Shown: positions 38,204-53,075, counted from the stretch's first letter. The stretch: DNA of 64,000 nucleotides from Neocallimastix sp. 'constans' (GCA_050613775.1 JBODTK010000014.1:1302001-1366000), one strand, 5' to 3'. Notes: generated from the sequence alone by a model not told the origin. Translations and numbers: made by a program.

Positions 38204-38304
38204 CAATTTGGTGAAATGCAACTTGGCGAATTGCAATTTGGCGAAATGCCACATTTTTTAATACGCCACATGCTTTCAAAAAATTGGCGAAATGCCCCAC
38301 ACCC
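38204..38304. mobile_element. Probable DNA-transposon/MITE terminus with 15-bp subterminal repeats
   Basis: caatttggcgaaatg-like unit x3 (38204-38249), a fourth copy at about 38282, ending ccccacaccc; related reverse-orientation motifs catttcg..aaattt at 61392-61436. Confidence 0.5.
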
Positions 38305-39398
38305 AAATTTATTTTTAACTATTAAAGAATAATATTAAAATAATTATTAAATCATATCAATATAAATATAATAAATATAAGCAAAAATATGAATAAAAGT
38401 AAAATTATATATATATAATTTTTTTACGGATAGTAATAATTTATAAAAAAAAATTTTTTTTAAATATTCTAATTAATTTTAATTATTTATTATATCAATA
38501 AAAAAAAAATTTAATAAAAAAATATAAAAAATATATGTAAAAAAAATTTTTTTTTTTAGCTCGAACTATCAAGAATAATAAAAGGTTTTATAACAGCATA
38601 TAAATATTTAAGAATATATTATATATATATATATTATGAAATATTACTTTTCTTTAATTGAATTTAAATGGATCCACTTTTTTTGATTGTTCAATTTTCT
38701 TTTATTTTTTAATTAATTATAATTTCAATATTTTCAAAAAATAAAAACAAATTTATATATTTAATATAAATGTAATACATAAATTTGTAGTAATGCTAAT
38801 GGTAATATTTAATGTATGTGTACATGCGCCACTAGCATTATACCTAACAAATACATAAAATAATCATATAATTTTTATCTAATAAATAAATATTTATTTA
38901 TTACAAGCTATATTCATAAAAATATTATTTAATATTTTAAACTTTATTTTTATAACATTTTCATCCAAAAGTTGAAGGCTGTTAAAGAGTTAATTAAAAG
39001 CGCGAAAGAAGTTTTTCTCTAAAATCCTTTTTCATTAATGTTGAGTTTAAATATTTAAGTAAAAAAAGAACCATTCACTGAATTTTTTCTCTTAATTTTA
39101 ATTATTTATTCTAGTTTTTTTTTTTTTTTTTTTTTACTTTCTTTTAATTTTTACTAAATTCTCTTATATATATATATGATACCGTTCATCCAATGTACTA
39201 TAGATATTGCATTTTATATTATTTCGATTGTGGCTGCTTTATATATTTCAACTTTATTATCGTAATTTATATATATTTTTATTACATTCTTATATTTAAT
39301 ATGTAGCTCTTTAAATAGATTTTTTACCGCCACCAAATTGATATTTTATCAACTGGTGGCGGTGAGTAAAAATTTATTAATTGTCAACAACAACAACT

Positions 39399-39429
<31 letters not shown>

Positions 39430-40525
39430 ACTTTACCTTAATGAATATCAGATAATTCATATAGTTAACTTTTGATGATAAATTTATTATATTAATGTTT
39501 TAATATAATATTAATTTTTTATTTTTATTATTATCTTTTTATTTTATATTTTTTATTTTTTTTTTTTTTTATTTTATTATTTTAATCATTACATTCTTCT
39601 TATCGATGTATAATCATTATATATATATAATTTAAACTGAATAAATATTATTAAAATATTATTATTTATAGATAAAGAAAAGAATAAAAATTAAAATAAA
39701 TAGATAAATAAATAAAATAAATTTTTTAAAAAAATAATAATAAATAATAAATAATAATTAATAAATAATAAATAAATAAATAATAAATAATTGAATAAAT
39801 AAATAATGAATAATTGAATAATTGAATAATAAATAATAAATAATTAAATAATAATAATAAATAATAAATAAATAAATAAATAATAGTAATAACAGTAATA
39901 ATAATAATAATTATAATAATAGTAATAAATAATAAATAAATGAATAATTTTTTTTCTAAATATAAATATAAATATAAATATATTTATTTATTTATTTATA
40001 TAAAACAACAAAACAGTATCTTTAATAGAACAGAATAGATTACATATCACACTAAAAAAAAAGAAAAGAAAAAGAAATAAAAAACTTTTTTTATTAATTA
40101 TTTTTTTATTATATTTATCTATATAATCTATATAGTATATATATATATATTCTTTATTTAATCTCTGTTATTGATTAAATTTTATTATTTAAATTAATTG
40201 ACTTTAATAAATATATATATATATATTCACTTTTATTATTTTTTTTTTTTATATTTAAAATATTTAATTTAAAATTTTTTATAAATTTAATGATTAAGTT
40301 TAAAATCTTCTTTTTTTTTTTTTTTTATTTATTTTTATTTATTATTATTTTTTTTTATTTTATTTTCTCTCTCTCTCTCTCTCTCTCTCTCTTTAAATTC
40401 ATTTTTCCTTTTATTGTAAAATTTTAAATTAAATTATATTTATCATGTTTTTTTTTTTTTTTTTTTTTAATTTTTTTTTTTTTTTCAATATTTTGTTTTT
40501 TTTTCCCTATTGTTATCCCAATGCT

Positions 40526-42423
40526 TTAATTTTCTTTTTTATCTTCATTTTCTTTATCATCCTTATTATTATCCTTATTATCATCCTTATTATCGTCCTT
40601 ATGATCATCCTTATTATCATCTTTATCATCATCATCATCTTTATCATCATCATCATCATCATCTTTTTTCTTTTCTACTACCTTATATTTATCTTCAGAT
40701 AAGAATGGACATTTGAATTGAGTAGTTTTTACATAATTTGGACGATAAATAATAGATATGATTGGAATTTTCATGTTTATTTTATAATTTAAATCCATAT
40801 CACTACCCGGTGAGGTAATACCACATCTGTCCAATATATATTTGAATGTATTATCATTTTTCATACTTCGTGAAGCATATCTTAAAGATGTTGTTATAGT
40901 CATAAAAGCATTCTATTAACATCATTTATTGATTATAAATACATTTTATAATATAAATATAAAATAATAATACACATTAATAAATAATTAATTTATTTTT
41001 ATTCTTATTTTTATTTTTATTTTTTGTAAGAATTTAAAATAAAATAAAATCCCGTTTTAATTAATAATTTTAAAATACCTTTCTTGGTCCAAATGAAACA
41101 CTATTAACATAACTATCTCCAAGTAAAACATTATTTGCCAAAGCATCTGCCTTTAATACATACTAAAAGAAATAAAATTTTAAAATATATATATATATAT
41201 ATATTTTAAATAAAGTAAAATAAAATAAAATTAAAAATTAAAAATAAATATAAATATATGTTATATTAATAATATAAATATATTTTTTAAATTATATATA
41301 TTAATATAATATTTAATTTATTTATATATATCTCTATGTATTTATTTTATATTTATTATTTATATAATTTTTTTTTTTATTTTTTATTTTTATTTTTTTA
41401 TTTTTTTTTTTTTTTTTAATGAGTTACCTCAATGAAAAGACTATTAAATTTATAGGGTAAAAAGTTGTCATTTCTGACATCAAAATGAACAATCATATTA
41501 AACTGAACAAATGAATCAATATCAGAGGATGTTACATTAGTTAAATCTGTATACTCATCACGATATTCAATATTCATTGGTAATTTATATTGAATACCAT
41601 TTGGTTGTAATTCAAATTCGGTAACAATAATTTGTGGTAATCTCGGCCAAAGAAAGTATAATGCAATAAGAATAGTAATAATAATCAAAATGGATACAAA
41701 AATGAAAAGTTGATTTCTTAAAAGTCTGCTCTTTAAATCTTTTGGTTCTTTACTTTTAGGTTTCATACCTAATTCATTCATAATCTCTTCTAATTCCTTT
41801 TCTTTATCATCACTTTTAATCATATCCTCAATAGCATTTTCTTTATCACCATAATATGAAATCTTTCTTATAGTTTCTCTTTTTTCCTTTGTTATATCAG
41901 TTGAATTAGAATCATCTTTATAGTCTAAAGTTGGACTATTAACATACTGAATGGCTACCGGAGTAGCAGCCACTGGTGTTGTATAATAAACCGTTGGCAC
42001 GGAAGCAATTTGTTGGGGATAAATAACAACTGGAACGGTAGCTGAGCCATTACTAAGTGGAGCTTGGGTAACATCAATGTCACTTGGTAATGATTCTTGA
42101 TTACTTAATTCACTAACTTTAGAATATCTATTTTTAGAATATTTTTTACTATTTCTTTTTTCTTTTTTTGGTGTAGAAAAACTACCATAGGCATTATTAT
42201 CATATGGATTACTATATTTTGTAGTACTTGTACTACCTATGAAACCATAATTATCACTTGGTTTGTTTTTTTCATGACTTTTCTTTTTTCTGTTCACTTT
42301 ATTCATTAATTCATCGGGTTTAGTTGAATTAATTTTTTCATCTTCTTCTTTATTTATTTCATATCCTTCAAAAGTATTATATGGATTATAACCATTATAC
42401 TTATTATTATCGTTATTTTCCAT
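40526..42423 (-). CDS. Type II membrane protein with LEA_2/WHy-like domain and acidic C-terminal repeat; exons 42423-41428, 41162-41079, 40912-40526; 488 aa
   Basis: Low-complexity N-terminus, one TM helix ending YFLWPRLPQI, then FDVRNDNFLPYKFNSL; GT-AG introns, all phase 0 and in frame; (DDNK)n tail. Confidence 0.82.
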
Positions 42424-42722
42424 TTTTTTTTTTTTTTAACTATATTAATTTATGCAATAATTGTTATTCTTTATTTTATCTTAAAAAAAAAAAAAAAAAA
42501 AAAAACTTTAATATAAATTTAAATTATTTTTATAAATTTTAAAGTTTTGAATTTAAATTATTAAGGGTTTATATCAACAGTAATTAATTTCAACTTGATT
42601 TTGATATGATATTTAAATAAAACTAAAAAAAAAAATTATATACAAATATATATACATAATAATAAATTAATAAAGTAAAAAGCAATAATTATTATATTTA
42701 AAATATGTTTTTTAATTATCTC

Positions 42723-42777
<55 letters not shown>

Positions 42778-43247
42778 TCATTTATATTGATACTAAATAT
42801 GAAAGTTTATTATTTACCTGATTATAATATCCTGATATATATATATATATTTTTCTACTTTTCTATCTTATTATGTTAATAAATAATAAATAGAAATTTA
42901 TTTTCAAAAATAAAAAAAAAAAAAAATAATAATAATAATAATAATAGTCTAATAAATAATTCTTTTTATTAAATATCTACTACTATGTTCTTTTATTTAA
43001 TTCTTAATAGTTAATTTTATTCCGTTTTGTATTTATATTTTGTATTAAAATAGATATATAATATAAAAAAAATTTTTTTTAATTATTTATAAAGGCAAAT
43101 TATAAAAACAAGTATAAATATATATATTATGATTAAAAGGTATTTGAAAATATTGTGAATTTTTTAAATAAAAAGGAGGTATGTAATTAAAAAATAATAT
43201 ATATATATATATTATATTTATATATAAGTATATACAAAAAGAAAAAG

Positions 43248-43282
<35 letters not shown>

Positions 43283-46200
43283 TATTATTAAAAAATATGT
43301 TTCAATTATTAAACTATTTATAAAATTTTATAATTTTTTAAAGTAGTATATAAAATAATAAATAACTACCATATATTATAAAGAAGTATGCGTTGGTTAA
43401 TAAATTTATGTGGTGATAATATAGTTTAATAGTATAATAAGAAAAAAGAATAAAATATGATAAATAGTTTACTGGTAACTGATAATTAAATAAATAATGG
43501 TAATATTTATAGATATTGATAAATATTAATATTATAAATAAGTTATTCCTAAATATAATATTAATATATATATAAGATTAAATAAATGTATATATATATA
43601 TAAAAAAAAAAACTAAATAAAAGAACTCTAATAGATATTTATTGATTATTCCAAATTTTTTTTTTTTTTTTTTTTGAATTTTTTGAATTTTTTTTATTTA
43701 TATTATATATTATTTATATTAATATTAATTAATAATATATTTTTATTGAATAATAAAGCTTATTGGGAATATTGTAAGCAAAGAAATGTCGTGTTTATTT
43801 AAAAATATTTTTTTTTTTTTAATTAATTTATTATTTTTCTTTTAATTATTATTAGTAAAAGAAAAAGATAAAGAAAAAATAAAAAATAAATTAAATTATA
43901 GTCTGTTTTAGTGAAAAAAAAAAAAAAAAGAAAAGAATGAAAAAAAAAATGGTATAGATGATAATTTTTTTATTTATTATAACAAAACTTTTTTTTTTTT
44001 CTTTTCTTTTTCTTTTTTTTTTTTTAATCACAAAAAGAATAAATAAAAGATGAGATGAATAATGAAAACAGATTGAGAGGATTTTTTAAGTTAAAAAGAG
44101 ATTTGAAATAGAAGAAAAAAAATAATAAAAAAAAAAAAAGAAAAGAAAAAAAAGTTAAAAGTAAAATAAAATAAAAAAAAAAGTAAAAAACTTTAAATTA
44201 TAATAAAATAAAATTAAAAAAAAAAAAAAAAAAAAAAAAAGAAAAAATTTTTTTATTTTTATTTTTATTTTTTATTTTTTTATTTTTTTATTTTTTATTT
44301 TTCTTCATCTGTTAAATTAAATTAAATATATGATTATTTATCTATATAAATATTATTTATACATTTACTTATTACTAATTATTTATTTATAATTTATTTA
44401 TTTATATATTTATTTATTCATCAAGAATTTATTTAGATATTAATTATTCATTTAATTATAATTATATTATTTACTTATTTAATATTTATCTATTTATTTA
44501 TTTATTTTAATTAAAATTGACTGTTAATATATTCTTCTTATTTATTATGATAAAATTAAAATTGATGTGTCACAAAAAGATTTTATTTATAATAATTAAT
44601 ATAACTTTAGAGTTACATCAAAATAGAATATATTAATATTATATTATTTAATATATTAACATACAATTAAGTAATATATTATTTTAATCAAAATTAATTT
44701 TTTTAATTTAATTTGACTAACTATAATATATTCAAATATATTGAATATTTATGGATATGGATTATTTTATTATTTTTTTTAAAATGTATGCATATATATT
44801 TATTATATATTTTTTATTATACTAACAATATATTGTAATATATTCATTTTTAATACAAATTGAGCTCATGTTGGGCTATTTTGCTGTAGCCTCTAATTTA
44901 TTTACAATTATTGTAAAATTAATTATAATATATGTATAAATATATTATTTCTATTTAAATAGCTTAGTTTCCATATATTAGCTTTGAATAATAGGAAAAA
45001 AATTGAATATTGTGTAAAAAAAAACAATAAAAATTATTCATAAGGAGTAATAAATATATGTTTTACATAAATACACGTGGGAATTATAATATCATGTGAA
45101 TTAATACAAAAAGTTACGATTTAAATTATTAAATCGACATTTCTCTATATAATAGAAGTACTATAATTATAAATATAAAACTGTAATAGTTAGTTAATAT
45201 ACATATCATATCTATAATTATTAGATTAGTATTTCTTATTAAAATATTGTATATTATCATATTTATGATAATAATTTTTTTTTTCATCCAAAGTTCAAAT
45301 TTTCAAAATAAAATAAAAAAAATTATACTAATAAGAAAAATAAAATAAAAAATAAAATAAAAAAAATTATACTAATAAGAAAAATAAAATAAATTATAAT
45401 TAAAAATAAAAGATTAATTTTAAAAATAATATTCATAATGACTTTACCAATAATAAAAGAATTATAATAAAAATAGCATGCAATAAAAATGAATTAAAAG
45501 TGAATAATATTAATATAATGAATAATAATCAATAATAATAGAATTTAGATAATTAATAATTATAAAATATATAATAAAATTTAAATAATTAATAATTATA
45601 AAATATATAATTTAGATAAATGATAATTATAAAATATATAATTAAAATTAATAATAATAATAAGAATAAGAATAATAATAATTAATAACAAATATCTAAA
45701 ATCTAATATCTAATAATAATAATAATTAGCAGAATGAATGATAACTCATATCCTAAAATAAAATAAAAAAAAAAAAGAAAGAAAAAATATTTATTTTTAA
45801 TCATTCCATATTAAGTAAAAAAATAAATTAAAAATTTTATCTTAATTAATAAATAATTAAATAATTACATATATGAACCATTAATATATAATTAATTAAA
45901 TAAACAAATATATAAATAATTAAATAATTAATCATTTAAATAATTAAATAATAAATAAATAAATAAATAATAAATAATTAATTAATCATTTAAACAATTA
46001 AATAATTAATAAACAAAATTTAAAGGATTAAACAAATAAATAAGCAAATAAACAAATAAATAAATAATCATTAATATAATTAAATAATTAAATAATAAAA
46101 CAAATAAATTAGTATATAAATAAATAATTAATTAATTATATTAATAATTAAATAATTAAACAAATAAATAAGTATAAATAAATAATTAATTATATAAATA

Positions 46201-46352
46201 ATTAAATATGGTTAAAATATATCATCGATGAAGAATTAGCTTCTAAAACTTCATAAAATAGTCTTTATATTATTACAATAAAAAATTTCATGTATGCTCT
46301 TCTCAAATTATTTTTTATTAATAAATACTAATAAATAATGTTAATTCCTTGT

Positions 46353-46392
<40 letters not shown>

Positions 46393-47503
46393 TTTATAAA
46401 TATAAATAAATGAACACAAGTAAATATATAAAATCATATCAATAATATTATGAACATTTTTATTAATATCTATTAATATAGTTATAATTACACTAAAAAT
46501 TAAAAAATATATAATAGATAGTAATATCAGTAAATTAACAATGAATAATAATAATAATAATAAGTAATAATCATAATAATAATAATTTATAATCGATAAT
46601 AAATGGCAATAATATAGTTATGTATTTACTTATTTAATATTCATGTTATATTTTTACACTCATTTTGCTTTGTTTAATTTTGTTATGGAAAATAATCATT
46701 CCACTGCTTTATTTTTAAAATTAAATAATATATTTATTGCATTATATATAATAAATTTATTATTGGTACATAAATTATTTATCATTTACATTTATATTAT
46801 TTATATAATAAAATGAAATTATTAATGAAATTATTTATATAATTAATTAAAATTATCATTAGTATATGTATTATGTATTAGTATAAGTATATGTGATGAG
46901 TATTGAAGTCATTTTCCCTATTAAAAAAAAAAAAAATTAAGAAATAGTACATACAATGTCCACTTAAAGAATGATTATTACTAAATCCAAATACCGTTGG
47001 AATATTACTATTTGAGTGGGATAAACTTGAAATAGCAGCAATTGAAATGTTAATTTCTTATTAAAGTTATATAAGTAATCACGAAAACAATGTTTTTGAT
47101 GACAAAAAAAGTTTTTCAAAAAATAAAAAAAATTAGGATAAATATAAATATTTATGAAAATTAATATAAACTAATGAGAGAGGCATAATTTCTTTTCCAA
47201 AAAAAAAAAAAAATCAATTTGTAAACCCTCGCTATCTATCCTCTATCTATAATAGTGCGATATATATATACATAGACTATAATTATTGATAGTTGCTATC
47301 CGTAGATATATATAACTAATGATATCAATCTCTGGTATTTATTATATTCAGATCGAAACATATTTGAAGAATATTCTATAATAATTTATTATTAATTAGT
47401 TAATAAACTATGAAACAACCATAAAATTGAAAAATATATAGATAGGAAATATTATTTCATAGAATATTAAAAATAGGTTTAGTTATTTGTTTTTATTATT
47501 TAA

Positions 47504-47613
<110 letters not shown>

Positions 47614-48514
47614 CATTATTATAATTTATTAAAAAGCTAATAAAGTAATAATATATTATGTAAATTTAATTCAAATAACGAACATAATTTATGTAAATAA
47701 GACAAAAATAAGAAAAGAAAAAAAAATAATAAATAATATAAATAAAATAAAACATATAAAATTTTATTGTAAAATCATATATAATTAGATTAATAATTTT
47801 ATATTTTACTTTTTTTTTTATTTATTTATTTATTTATTTATTTCTTCATAAAAATAAGTTTTCGTTATTATATATATATATATTTAAAAAATTTAATTTT
47901 TATTACTATTTTCTTAGAACGATTTAATTTATATTTAGTGTTGAAAATGTAAAATATAATTAGTGATTAATATATTTACATATATATATTTTTTTTTTTA
48001 TGTATCATAAAATTTGATCTTTAATTTTGAAAAATGCTTTTACATAAATCATATATACCTTACATATATATATTTATATATTTAACATATATATATTTAT
48101 ATATTTAACAAACAAAACCCATTTTATAAATCCATATTACTTTCATTAAAAAATTTTGGTATTCGTAAAACTTATTTTTATAATTTTTTTAATTATTTTT
48201 TATTAATTTTTTTAATTATTTTTCATTAATTTTCAATTTTTTTTTTTTTTTTTAAAAAAAAAGATTTTACTACATTTTATATATAAACTTTATATTTATA
48301 TTTTAGATTAAAATATATATGGTATATTGTTATTATATTTTACAGTATATATAGTATTACAATAATTAATTATGATACGCAATCATAAAAAAAAAAAAAA
48401 AATAGTAGTAAAAAAAAAAAATTTCTTTTTTTTTTTGTCTATAGATTCATATTCATAATGAATAGAAATATTACCATATTTCTAATTCTCTATTTAAATT
48501 TTTTTTCTTTTTTT

Positions 48515-48712
48515 TTAGGCACGGTTACAGAAATCGTAACAACCAGTGTTTGGGAAGAAAGGCTTCTTCATACTTACTGGAACCTTCATTCTTCTGTTCT
48601 TTTGTTCAGAAGCAAAAGTCATACGCTTAAGGCATGGTTCATTTTCTTCTTCCATGAAATATCTCTTTCTTCTGGAGAAAGTTTCTAATTCAAAATCCAT
48701 AACACCGTTCAT
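48515..48712 (-). CDS. 65-aa microprotein of unknown function, with probable 5'-UTR intron
   Basis: Isolated GC-elevated island with the same preferred codons as TRP4 (aag, cgt, ttc, aac, cca, tac); poly-T/AG acceptor at about 48738 and gtaatt donor at about 48822. Confidence 0.65.
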   Translation of the reverse strand: MNGVMDFELETFSRRKRYFMEEENEPCLKRMTFASEQKNRRMKVPVSMKKPFFPNTGCYDFCNRA

Positions 48713-51120
48713 GATGATTTATTATAATTATGAAAAACTAAAAAAAAAAAAATTTCTTTTTTTTTAAATGTAAATTTTTTTTTATGATTGCTAAATAAGC
48801 AGTCGTAATTTCTAAAAATTACTTTTGGGTTGTTTATAATTATTTTAAAAATAAAAGAATTGGTTTAAGTAGGTTCTATTCCTTTATTTTAAAATATTTA
48901 AAAATAATAATTAATTAACAAAAAGCTACTATTGATTATTTGACTTCTCTCTTATGTGTGTATATAAAAAATTTTAAAAATAAATAAAAAAAAAATATAG
49001 TAATCGCTTTTTTATCGCTTTTTTTATTAATTTATATTTATAAAAAATAATTTATTATAGAATGAAGAAAAAAAATTTTTTTTTGAACGAAATTTTTTGC
49101 TTCATATATACTTTTTGCTCTCCAATAAAATGGCTTTTTATTTTTAGAAACCACCTTTTATTAAAATAATATTATCATTACTATTATATTAACCAATAAT
49201 GAAAAAGATTTAATTTAAAATAAAATAAAAATAAAATATAATGAAATATTATTATTCATTATTATTATTATTATTATTGAATTTTTATTTTTATTTTTTT
49301 TTTTTTTTTCATATTTTTAAAATATAAATTAAAGATATTAATTTTAATCAATTTAATGCAATGTAAATTAAAAATCTTTTTAATTAGAAAAAGAAAAAAA
49401 AAAAAAAAAAATAGTACTAATAATAGGTAGAAAGGTATATATTTTTATTTTTATAAAAAAACAATTAATTTATATTGTTTATATGAATAATTAACAAAAA
49501 AAAAAAAATAATATAGATATACAAAATAAATTTTATATTAAAATTATTATTATTACTATTATAATTTATATTATTAATTATTATTAAATATTAAAAATTT
49601 AATAATATTTTGAAAAATCCACAAATGAATTATAATAAACCACAATATTATGTAAAAAAAAAAAATAAAAATAAAAAATAAAATAAAAAAAAATAAAAAT
49701 AAAAAATAAAATAAAATAAAATAAAATAAAATAAAAATAAATAAATAAATTAAAATTTGAAGTAATTAATATCATTAAAAATAGTAAATGACATAAAAAA
49801 AATATATTATTAATAAAGACTTTAATATAAAAAAAATATATTATTAATAAAGACTTTAATATAAATAAACATATCATATAGGTCATTAATAATTTTTATT
49901 TTTTAAATAAAAAATAATAAATTACAATTATAATCATTATAATTATTCAAAGGTAAATATAAATATAGATATATATATATGTTTATTTAAATTCATAAAA
50001 TTATAAACAATTAATTTTATTAAAACTAAAAATAAAATACACATGAATCAATCTATTTATATTTACAAATAAATAGATGTTATGACACTATTTTTTTTTT
50101 TTTTTTTTTTCAATTTATTATCTTTATCTAATATTTTTTATTATTATTATTTTTATTATTATTAATTAATTTTATATATGAAATCAACAATTAAAATTTT
50201 AATAATTGATGCCATAATTCAAATTAATTAATATTACTAAATAGTTAGAAAAAAAAATATGCATATATTTTTAATTTTAATTATTATATTTATTTTATTT
50301 TTTTTCGTTTAACTAAAAATAAAATGGTCTATTTTTATTATTTGGTTGCACTCACTAATATTATTATATTGTAATGATAATTAATACTCTTCAATAATTA
50401 GTTAAAAAGTTTATATAAAAAATATCAAGTATTTTAGAAAATTAGTCGTATATAAAAAAAATATAAAATACTATAGTTTATTTGGTTTACATTAATAAAA
50501 AAAGTAGGACAAGTTTTATTAAAACTAAAATATAATTAATAATAATTAATAAAAAGAAGTTCAAATTTTATTAAAATTATATAGAGAAAATTATATAAAA
50601 ATAACCCATTTTAAATATTTATAATAACTAAAAATAAAATAGAATAATTATATTATTTAGGTAGTATCCATAAAAAAAATAAATGAGATCAATAATTTTT
50701 TTTTAAAATAGAATATGAGAGAAGTTTTAAATTTAGATAGTATATTATATATATATAAAAAAATAATAATAATAAAAAAATAAAAATAAAAATAAAAAAA
50801 TATTATTTATTAATTTCATATTAAATTTTTTTTTTTTTTTTTTTTTTTTAGTACTTGAAATTATATATATTAATAATGATTAATATATAAAAGTAAATTC
50901 TTTATTATTAAAATTATTATGCACCTGCCTTCAAAAAAATATTTCTATTTTATTTTTAGTGATATTTAATATAATTTTTTTTTTATTCTATTCCATTATA
51001 TTTTAAAAATACGTGACACCATTATTTATTTATAGTAAAATATTATTTTACATCGAATACTAATAATATTAATTTTAAATACAAACAGTATTAATAATTT
51101 CATTTTTGTAAAGCATAGAC

Positions 51121-51204
51121 TACAATTAAAACATTTTATCATTGAATATTATTATTATTGTTAATATTCAATGATAAAATATTTCAATTGTAAACAATAA
51201 TAAT
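51121..51204. repeat. 30-bp near-perfect inverted repeat with A-B-A'-B' layout
   Basis: tacaattaaaacattttatcattgaatatt / aatattcaatgataaaatatttcaattgta. Confidence 0.8.
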
Positions 51205-51254
51205 AATAATAAAAATTTCATATTCATATAACTCAACAGTTTATAATTACTAAT

Positions 51255-51287
<33 letters not shown>

Positions 51288-51899
51288 CTGGTTATTTTAA
51301 CCAAATTATTTTATATTATTTCACTATTTATTTTATTTTATTTTTATTTTTTATTAATATTTTACTCTTTTATACTATTTCATTCTTTTATACTTTTATA
51401 CTACTTTACTATTTATTTTTTTATTTTTGAAAGACATATTTTTTTTTTTTTTTTATTTTACTTTATTTTATTTTTATTTTTATTTTTATTTTTATTTTTA
51501 TTTTTATTTTCTTTAATAATAAAAATGAAAGCTCTCTACTTCTAGCTAGCTATATCAGAAAAAATAATGTTTATATAATATTAAAAATAATGTTTATATA
51601 ATATTTTATTTAATATATAATTTATATTTTATAATTATTCATTGTTCATTAATATCTTTATTTAATATATTTAATATTTTTTTTCATACTTGAAATTATA
51701 TTAAAATGAATTTTATAATGATATTTTGATTGTTATATAATTAATATTTTATTATATATATATATATATATATTTGAAATAATATTTATAGTAATAAAAA
51801 AAAGAAAAAAAGAATTAATACTATATGGAAAAAATATATTATAAAGTTTATGTGATAGAAATATAGTAGGGTATAGGGTAAAAATTGATATATTTATAG

Positions 51900-51930
<31 letters not shown>

Positions 51931-52257
51931 AAATTTAAACATATTTGTAATTTATTAATAACAATAGTGTTAAGGAGTCATACTCCAAAGTGATAAAACA
52001 CACAATAGAAGTAACTAATTTTATGTTTAAAAAAATAATTTATTTTAATATTTTTCTTCTTTTTCTTCTTCTTCTTCTTCTTCTTCTTCTTCTTCTTCTT
52101 CTTGTATTTATGGTAATTAATATCATATTAATAAAATATTTTTAAAAATTCTTCGTTCTTAAATTTATAAAATAATTTTTTTTTTTTCAATGCTCTTACC
52201 TACAAATTATTACATAATAAAACATAAAAACATTTATAATACTTTTAATGTACAATG

Positions 52258-52378
52258 TTTAATTTTTGGGCTTAATTTTATATAATATGTTAAAATATAG
52301 ATATATTTGTTAAGATTAAGCTAAAAATTTTAACATATTATATAAAATTAAGCCTAAAAATTAAAACAAATATATCTA
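52258..52378. repeat. 39-bp near-perfect inverted repeat plus an interleaved 14-bp inverted repeat
   Basis: Arms 52258-52296 / 52327-52365, and tagatatatttgtt (52298-52311) / aacaaatatatcta (52365-52378). Confidence 0.85.
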
Positions 52379-52720
52379 CATATGTGGAAATGAAGCATTA
52401 ATACCGATATTTAGTTGACCTTGGATTAGATATATATGAATAAAGAAGGATGGAATGGTGAAACGCCATTATTTAATGCCAAATGGTAGTGAAAATGAAT
52501 CAGTAGTAAAATATTTCTTTGTTGAATATGAAACACGGATATATATAAAAAGAAAATGAAGATGGTCAAACTCCATCAATTTAATGCATATTATACTAAA
52601 AAAAAAAAAAAAAAAATGAATCAATAGTTAAATGGTAAGTTGAATATGGAGTAGATCGAAATAAAAAAGATAATTTAGGTAATATTCTATCATTTAGTGC
52701 ATGTAGCAATGGAAATGGTA
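52375..52720 (+). pseudogene. Decayed ankyrin-repeat fragment (33-aa GETPLFNAC type)
   Basis: NKEGWNGETPLFNA, ENESVVKY.VEY, ENEDGQTP, NKKDNLGNILSFSACSNGN, with frameshifts and stops. Confidence 0.7.
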
Positions 52721-52745
52721 TAATATATATAAAAAACTTTTAATT

Positions 52746-52890
52746 TCTTTTAATAGCCTTTTTTTTTTTTTTTAATATTAAATGTCAAAAAGAAATTTTT
52801 AGCATCATTGAAAGTATATCTTTTAATAGCCTTTTTTTTTTTTTTAATATTAAATGTCAAAAAGAAATTTTTAGCATCATTGAAAGTATA
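52746..52890. repeat. Tandem duplication of about 73 bp
   Basis: tcttttaatagcc(t)n aatattaaatgtcaaaaagaaatttttagcatcattgaaagtata x2. Confidence 0.85.
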
Positions 52891-53040
52891 TAAGTATATA
52901 AAACTATGTGAAATTTAAATTTTTTTTTTTGTATGTGTAACCAAAATGATAAAAAGTTTTTATAGTTTTATAGTTTTACACAAAAAAAAAAAATATAAAT
53001 TTCACAAAGAAACAATTATCATTTGTTCACATATACAAAC

Positions 53041-53075
<35 letters not shown>

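Noticed and set aside
46900..47350. Slightly GC-elevated patches as a transposase remnant or Helitron end
   Set aside because: No recognisable protein motif and no matching hairpin/CTRR terminus found.
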